The notes beneath the pieces were generated by a model. It saw only the letters and a list, made by a program, of their open reading frames with translations, did not search any database and had not been told where the DNA came from. Positions 21,086 through 28,335 of a stretch of DNA of 28,335 nt are shown one piece after another. This DNA comes from Octopus sinensis. Lineage: Eukaryota. The stretch spans positions 1 through 28,335 of the forward strand of contig NW_021833493.1 in the NCBI RefSeq assembly GCF_006345805.1, written 5' to 3'. The translations under genes were made by a program, and so were the position numbers. Numbering within the stretch: position 1 is the stretch's first letter; every line of letters starts with the position of its first letter.

Positions 21086-21673
21086 GTCACGATGAGTACG
21101 TTATTCTAAGTAACATTACTTTGTTTCTCTGAATAGGTAACCCCAGCATTAATCTATATATTGATCCCAGTTTTAAAGCACTTTTCAAAAGCATTAAAAC
21201 ACTATGGTTCCATAGGATCTTAACATTTCAAGAGGAATATATCAATAATATTTTGAAAAACGCACTACGTAGCCTTGGTGCAAAAAAAAAAAACAGTTCA
21301 TTTTGCCTGAAGATGCAGGTGAAAATTTCATCTCTCAAAGAAATACATGGAGAAATAGAAACCGAATAAGCTCTTCGGGTTCAAATTGTACACGTACCCA
21401 CCCATTAAGAAAATACTGATATCATTTGAAGAGAAACTCTTGCAAGATGAGATTCAAATAAGGACAGAAAAGATTTTTAAAATGTGGTACTGTTCGGAAT
21501 AACCCTTTAAAGACGTTTCTAGGAATAATTTCAAACATTTAACACATTCCAATTCAATCGACGCGAATCTTTTACCAATTATTTCTTCGAGTGCCAGAAA
21601 GAGGAATTACAAATACATACATACAGACATACATACATACATATATACATACATTCATACATACATACATACA

Positions 21674-21709
<36 letters not shown>

Positions 21710-21767
21710 TATATATTAAATAAATGAAGGTAGCTATTAGCAATTTACAACCAAAAGACACATTCAT

Positions 21768-22149
21768 CACTAAACTGACTAAGAGCATTGCTAGAAATAA
21801 GAGTCAAAACAACATTTAGCCACGGGTAAGCACTTATCTAATGACTGACAAGGGAGAAAATCTCCCTACAACAAGCGAGAAGTGTCAGATCATCGATGAT
21901 ATCGGATTTCATTAATCTTCATCTATAACCATTGCTCAGTTGCCGAGGGCTAAAATTAACTCGGCTTGTCAGTTTAATGAAAATATCATAGGAATCAGTA
22001 ACTGATTCAGTAAGACGGTGAAAAATGTAAATTATTAAGGTGGTTGTTCGTAAGTCAAAAGCCAATAGTCAAAAGTACAGTCATTAGTTAAGTGCGTGCC
22101 CGTAGCTAAGAGAGTTTTGACTCTTATTTCTAGCAATGTCACTTTAGTG
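21768..22149. mobile_element. MITE-like element with long terminal inverted repeats
   Basis: Perfect 25-bp inverted repeat CATTGCTAGAAATAAGAGTCAAAAC (21786-21810 / 22114-22138). It extends imperfectly inward to 21847/22078 and outward to CACTA (21768) / TAGTG (22149). No TSD is visible. Confidence 0.75.
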
Positions 22150-22154
22150 TTGCT

Positions 22155-22189
<35 letters not shown>

Positions 22190-22190
22190 C

Positions 22191-22252
<62 letters not shown>

Positions 22253-22438
22253 TTGTTGTGTGTGTTGTGTGTGTATAAATTCAACATACGATTAAAGTAA
22301 ACAGAGTATGTTTTAGAAGCGTTGAGCTGTATTGAAAGATACAGAAATAAATTTGTTTTTATTCACAAACGCGTGATAATGCTAATAAATAGCGTGATCA
22401 GGATAACTTATCCATATATTGCAGAAAAATACGTTACC

Positions 22439-22510
22439 GCCCAGCCACGAGACTCGGATTCACATCGCTGTGATTACGCATCAAGTGCTTTACCATTAAG
22501 CTAAACTATC
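22439..22510 (-). pseudogene. Decayed tRNA-Thr(CGT)-like sequence (tRNA pseudogene or SINE head)
   Basis: 72 nt with tRNA spacing: GATAGTT TA GCTT AATGGTA AAGC A CTTGA TGCGTAA TCACA GCGAT GTGAA TCCGAGT CTCGT GGCTGGG C. The D stem is perfect; the acceptor, anticodon and T stems are mismatched. Confidence 0.55.
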
Positions 22511-22747
22511 CAGTAACGAATTCTTCTGCAATTTTAGAACGTATAAATTTAGCTTAGTGTAGCTTTGCAAAAATAATTGTTAAAATCGTACTGTACTCTT
22601 CAAACCTTGCACTAAGAATAAATACAAGGTAAAATTACTACCTGCTTTTATAGAAAGATGATGCAGCTGGTTTATCTCATCCCCCTCCGACTTTTATTTC
22701 ATGCAATTGAAAAACTGAATTATTTAGGAGATGACACTATATATATA

Positions 22748-22978
22748 TTTCTTTACTGCCCACAAGGGGCTAAACATAGAAGGGACGAACAAGGACAGAC
22801 AAAGGGATTAAGTCGATTACATCGACCCCAGTGCGTAACTGGTACTTAATTTATCGACCCCGAAAGGATGAAAGGCAAAGTCGACCTCGGCGGATTTTGA
22901 ACCCAGAACACTTAACGGCAGACGAAATACGGCTAAGCATTTCGCCCGGCGTGCTAACGTTTCTGCCAGCTCGCCGCC
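22748..22978 (-). mobile_element. SINE family B, full-length and little diverged (tail type 1)
   Basis: Minus strand: GGCGGCGAGCTGGCAGAAACGTTAGC (A-box-like), GGGTTCAAAATCC (B-box), GTCGACTTTGCCTTTCATCCTTTCGGGGTCGATAAATTAAGTACC (body), and a tail ending GTGGGCAGTAAAGAAA. Confidence 0.9.
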
Positions 22979-22996
22979 CTGATGACACTATATATA

Positions 22997-23176
22997 GGCG
23001 TAGGAGTGACTGTGTGGTAAGTAGATTACTTACGAACCACATGGCTCCGGGTTCAGTCCCACTGCGTGGCACCTTGGGCAAGTGTCTTCTACTATACCCT
23101 CGGGCCGACCAAAGCCTTGTGAGTGGATTTTGTAGACGAAAACTGAAAGAAGCCTGTCGAATATATGTATATATAC

Positions 23177-23207
<31 letters not shown>

Positions 23208-23299
23208 ATGAGAGAGAGAGTGTGTGTGTGTGTGTGTGATGAGAGAGAGAGAGAGAGTGTGTGTGTGTGTGTGATGAGAGAGAGAGAGAGAGAGAGGTG

Positions 23300-23330
<31 letters not shown>

Positions 23331-23564
23331 TGTGTGTGTGTGTATTTGTGTGTCTGTGTTTGTCTCCCCAACATAGCTTGACAACCGATGCTGATGTGTT
23401 TACGTCCCCGTAACTTAGCGGTTCTGCAAAAGAGACCGATAGAATAAGTGCTAGGCTTGCAAAGAATAAATTCTGAGGTTGAATATCCTCGACTAAAGGC
23501 GGTACTCAGCATGGCCACAGTCAAAATGACTGAAACAAGTAAAAGAGTAAAAAGAGTAGAAGAG
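22997..23564 (+). mobile_element. SINE family A, full-length with expanded (GT)/(GA) internal microsatellite
   Basis: Same architecture as 10433-10880; the tail is GTAAAAGA repeated three times imperfectly. Confidence 0.9.
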
Positions 23565-23634
23565 TATATATATGTATGTGCGTGTGTGAATGTATGTACA
23601 TATGTATGTATGTATTATATGCGTCTGTGTGTGA

Positions 23635-23774
23635 CCTACTGAGCCCCAAGTATTCGTTACATGTCACGCTTTCCAGCTCATATATGTTCTCGTGTGTGAG
23701 AGTGCTGGTCTCTCTATGCGTGTAACTGAGTGCTGGAAAGCGTGACACGTAACCAGGTATTAAGCCTCAGTAGG
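23635..23774. other. 140-bp fold-back element (nested inverted repeats)
   Basis: Outer 9-bp perfect inverted repeat CCTACTGAG / CTCAGTAGG. Inner 22-bp arms at 23656-23677 and 23732-23753 match at 21 of 22 positions. Confidence 0.75.
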
Positions 23775-24542
23775 AACTTCCACACTCCATTCTTGTATCC
23801 ATTGTAGTTCGACGAAGGCCATTATAAGAGGAGATTGTCTAGGGTCTTATATATAGACCAAGCAACAGTTTTAATAAAATAGAGAAAATGTATATGGTAT
23901 TTTAAGTTTAAAGCTTAAAATACGAAATACATTTGCCTATTTTTATTGTGTGTGTATGTGTGTGCGTGTATGTATTGTACAAACTCAAACTTAAAGGGAC
24001 GTCTGTAATTAGAATAAGTCTTTCTGCTGCTGACTTTGTTCTGAATCTGCTGCTTTCGTATAGTGTTTGAAAAATATATCCGTCTTAAGTAATGATGTGA
24101 CTTCTTGTGACAGTCAGCGATTAAAAGGAAATAATATATTCCATCTTAATTTCTAGAATCTGTTGTATGTGTATATGTGTGAGAGCATTGCCGCGTGAAT
24201 GTCTTTGAGAATGTGTGTGTGAGTACTGCGTGAATTTTTTTCGATCTGTTCTCATTTATAAATAGAAAATCATTTTCTAAAATCGGGAATATTTTTTTTT
24301 TGTTTTTTCGTGGCGTATTTTTCTTAAATACGCAATAAAACGCTTAATTAATTCTTCACTGATATTGATATTGTGTGTATTAACGAAATTGTAGTCTTAT
24401 GTATTATCTAAACGGGAGATGACATTAAGACTGTAGATAGTGATATCAGTATAAAAGTAAGTGTAATAACTTATACGCGTATGTTTGTGTGTGTGTGTGT
24501 TCATGTATGTGTACGTGTGTGTGTATCTGTGTGTATGAGTGC

Positions 24543-24970
24543 GTAAATGCATAGATTTGTGCAAACAGGCTATCTTAAATGTAACCCATTCTGTAGTAAT
24601 ATTGAGTTCTATATACATCGATTGCATATACACACATATATTGTTGGCATCCTTTTGTCTCGGGAGACAATGGAGTTGCGCATAAACTAATCCAGTCTGA
24701 ATTTTACATTTCATTTCCACTCCAGTTTCCTCTCCAGTTTTGCACAGACCTCGGCTAGATGTAACATATATATAAGTGACTGTGCGTGTGTATATATGTG
24801 TGTGTTCGTGTGTTCGTACATGCGTGCTTGCGTGTGTATGTGTGTGTGCGTGTGTGTGTGTAAATGCATAGTCTTGTGCGAACAGGCTATTTTAATTGAT
24901 AACCTATTCTGTAATGATACTGGCATTGTACAATATATATATATATGCAATATATATATACGACGATTGC

Positions 24971-25027
<57 letters not shown>

Positions 25028-25240
25028 TACAAATCTACACACACATACACACACGCATGCACACAGACACACACACGCATTTATGATTGACTATGTGTGT
25101 ATGTGTACGTGCGCTTGTATGTGTTTGCATGTGTGTGTGTGTGTGTGTAAACGCATAGCCTTGTGCAAACAGGCTATCTTAAAGATAAGCTGTTCCGTAG
25201 TGATAAGGGTTTTATATACAACAATTACATATATACGTAT
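24543..25240 (+). repeat. Three diverged tandem copies of a 70-95 bp core separated by microsatellites
   Basis: GTAAAYGCATAG..TTGTGCRAACAGGCTATYTTAA begins at 24543, 24860 and 25147. Confidence 0.85.
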
Positions 25241-28044
25241 GTACAAATAGACACACACAAACTCACACATTCTGACACACACACATAAACACACAAACAC
25301 ACATATGTGGGTGTTGATATATATTTTGTTTAAATATGTAGTGTTCTCCAGAGAGAGAGTGAACGAATGAAACAGGCAGGAAGACAGAGATAGACAAACA
25401 TACAGATAGAGAGATAGATAAATTGATAGAGAGAAAGATAGAGAGAGAGAGAGGCAGACAGACAGACAGAGAAAGGAAGAAAGAGAAGGGGAGAGAGGAA
25501 ACTATATATTTTTTGTGTAAACATGTAGTGTTATTCCTGTACACGAACATTGTTTCAGCTTCGTATTTATTGTTGTATTTTGTAAGTGGTCAGTGTAACA
25601 CGCGTGTATGTTTCTGAGTTTGACTCCATGTGTATGTGTGTGTGTGTGTGTGTTTGTGTGTACGTGTATGTGCGTGCATGTGTGTGTGCGTGTGTGTATG
25701 TTCATGCATGCCTGTATGAAAATATTCGAAATCAAACGTGAGAATCGAACATGAAGAGGCTGGCCTAGATTATCCAGTGATTTCTTCCGAAAATAACATG
25801 ATGCTGTTTTTTGAAGAAAAGTCGATTATTCTTTCTAACACGTCGACTGGCTAATGACTAACAAGTGTTTTTACTCTTGTTGTCGGAGTTTAGTCCGGGG
25901 TCGACGTTATAATCTATCAAAAGAAGCTATTCTGATGTTAACCATTCGATGTTTTCCTTTTATGCAGTGAACATATGAACGAATATATGCACACAACTGT
26001 GGCTAATGATCCGGTGCTGGCAAACTACATATGCTGTCCCAAAACATGCAGCCCGTGCGACCAACACCAGCACAGATTTCTTCCATGAAATTCCACTTTC
26101 AATGTTTATTTCGTTGCAATTGCATTTATTTTGTTGCTACTGTATTCATGGTCCTATGGTAGTTATTTAGTTACCAAAGTAATTATGTTACTATTGCAAT
26201 TACCATTACACTTGTTTTGTTGCTGTTTCACATTGTTGCTATTGCAATGTGTTGCTTTTGGAATGTGTAGCTATTTCACTGTGTTGCTATTTCATTGTGC
26301 TGCTATTTATACGTTGTTGCTACTGGGTATGTTGTTAATGTCACAACTGATGACGCAGTTACTTTTCGAGATTGTAGTTGTATTACTGCCATAATCATTC
26401 GTTATGCTTCTGGGGCATAAAACGAGAGGACTTGAAAGTAATCAAAGCAAAAGGTAACGAACCGGCTGTCATTAGAGAGTCTATTATAGTTCTTTGCAGT
26501 TCCGACTCTCCACGAACTGAGTTCAGTTTTAGCCGTTGTGAATTCTGCTTTCATACTTTCAATGTCGACAAAAAAGTGCCAATTTAAGACAGTGGATTGG
26601 TTTAATAGTAAAAACGTCGAACCGAATGTCTTCCTCTCTTTGTTGCGTTCTTTTTTTTTTTCTTTTTTTTTTGCTTTCTGAGTTCAAATGCTGAAATTGT
26701 AGTAAACTTGATATGCCGCCCGGTTTCGCACCACTTCATTTGCCGTTGGGTGCTACTTTTTTGCAAGCATTTAGACAAGACTACTAGTTTGATGATATCG
26801 TCCTCCCATCACCATTATCGAAGACCCTTATGAAGAGTAATGGTAACTATCTCCCTTCTTGATATTCCCATAAATAAGCTGCAATATCCATGTTTTGTGT
26901 ACAAAGAAATTTTAATGCTCTCACAGACATAATATGAATTACATAAACAGAATAAGTAGAGGATTTTGAGAACACATCAGACAAGAGAACAATAAGTGAA
27001 GATGTTCAATAATTTCTTAAATACACGGCTAACCTAAACAATGAAGAAAATATGACTCATTTTTGAGAAAAGGCAATCCGATAACACATTGTTTTGTGTT
27101 GTGATGAGTTTTTTTTCTCTGAACTCAAAATGCCACAAAGATATAACTCCCTGTCTGAGATACAAGCAAACCAACACACACATATTTACAAACACACATA
27201 CGTGCACACACACACACACACACATACACAAATATACTCACACGTCTAAGCTTACAAGCAGACTAATATAATCCCCAAACTTTAATAAAATGACAGAATG
27301 TACTCGCAATGACCCTGAAAGTAGTTAAAGGGATGCATTTGAATATAGATGCGTTCGAGGCTTCTTTTACTCGTTTTTTGTTATTTTTAAATTACTTGTG
27401 ACTTCTTACGTTGTAAATCCTTGACAGATTAGGTAGACGTAAACAAATGAAATTAGAAAGGATTTGAGAAAATAAACGAACGATGATTACTGTCCACACA
27501 TTTTGAAGCGAGGGCAGATGTTTGAGAAAAAAAAACGAGGAGCCTTTGATTAAAAGAATAGACATGTTTATTTTGCTTTCTCTAATTCCTCTCTTCTTCA
27601 GTCATGTTTACCATTCACAGAATTCTGATTAACATTCTACAATATATACCAATCGTGAATGAAACTATTTTGTTACTGTTTTTTTTCTTTTCTTTTGCAT
27701 ACAAATAAATTTTTGTGTGATTAGGTACAGTGACATACTTTAGAAGGGCCAGTGTATCTGTGAAAAGAACTGTGCGCATTTATCTGTAGTAGATTAGCAG
27801 GTGTAACATTGACAAATGATTTTAAATGTGATACGAAACTGCTTCGACATTTGATTTGAGTTAAGAGTTGGCTGAAATATTGATCAACGGCCCTACATAA
27901 AGGTCATTTGTTGGTCAGGGATATTTTACAGCAAAACACTTCAATAACGACAGTGATATATTGGAATTTTACAAAAATACTCCACAAGGAGCTTACAACG
28001 ACTGTTCTTTTGCCGGTCGTTTCTAACATTGTAACGAAACAATA

Positions 28045-28170
28045 AGAGACGGTTTCGCGTTCAGTCACGCAGTGCGGCACCTCGGGCCACAGTCTTTTTC
28101 TATGACACCGGACTGACCTATGCCTTGTGAGTGAATTTGGTGGCCGGAAACTATGTGGAAGACCGTCTTA
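28045..28170 (+). mobile_element. Old SINE family A core fragment
   Basis: GTTCAGTCACGCAGTGCGGCACCTCGGGC..GCCTTGTGAGTGAATTTGGT..GGAAACT. Confidence 0.7.
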
Positions 28171-28283
28171 TATATTTATACATGTGTGTGTGTATGCGTG
28201 CGTATGCGTGTATGTGAGGGTGTGTGAGGTGTACGTGTATTCACGTATGCATGTATATATATATATTTATTTATTTATTTATA

Positions 28284-28335
28284 GGCGTAGACTAGCTTGT
28301 GGTAAATAGCTTGCTTACCAACCACATGGTTCCGG
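28284..28335 (+). mobile_element. SINE family A head, cut by the window end
   Basis: GGCGTAGACTAGCTTGTGGTAAATAGCTTGCTTACCAACCACATGGTTCCGG. Confidence 0.85.

Noticed and set aside
22439-22510. Functional tRNA-Thr gene
   Set aside because: The acceptor, anticodon and T stems have several mismatches and the T loop lacks TTC, so it is kept only as a pseudogene or SINE head.
26040-26090. Minus-strand peptide EICAGVGRTGC resembling the PTP signature HCSAGVGRTG
   Set aside because: The spacing is CX4R rather than CX5R, there is no AG acceptor at the expected position, and no other phosphatase motifs are nearby.
26388-26660. Long stop-free frames on both strands
   Set aside because: No recognisable domain and no convincing splice sites; the frame is partly extended by poly-A/T runs.

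Overview
This is non-coding, AT-rich, microsatellite-dense eukaryotic DNA. The SINE families look, from memory, like those of coleoid cephalopods, most likely Octopus; this was not verified by a search. I can support no intact protein-coding gene, rRNA, functional tRNA or CRISPR array, and most listed ORFs are simple-repeat translations. The one recognisable protein relic is a 5'-truncated, frameshifted Penelope-like retroelement (PLE) on the minus strand (about 8134-9934): RT thumb end, Cys-rich linker and GIY-YIG endonuclease. Its 3' terminal module holds a minimal type-I hammerhead-ribozyme-like motif with an unusual core (CUGUUGAA instead of CUGANGA). The same module occurs twice more as solo copies (about 4.5 kb and 15.5 kb), and this is the most interesting signal in the window. 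The rest comprises two tRNA-derived SINE families (including a head-to-tail array and inverted pairs), a non-autonomous Helitron, a Helentron-associated (HINE-like) element, a long-TIR MITE, a 140-bp fold-back, a decayed tRNA-Thr-like sequence and several local duplications. Indel noise suggests an imperfectly polished long-read assembly. Element boundaries are approximate unless exact motifs are quoted.
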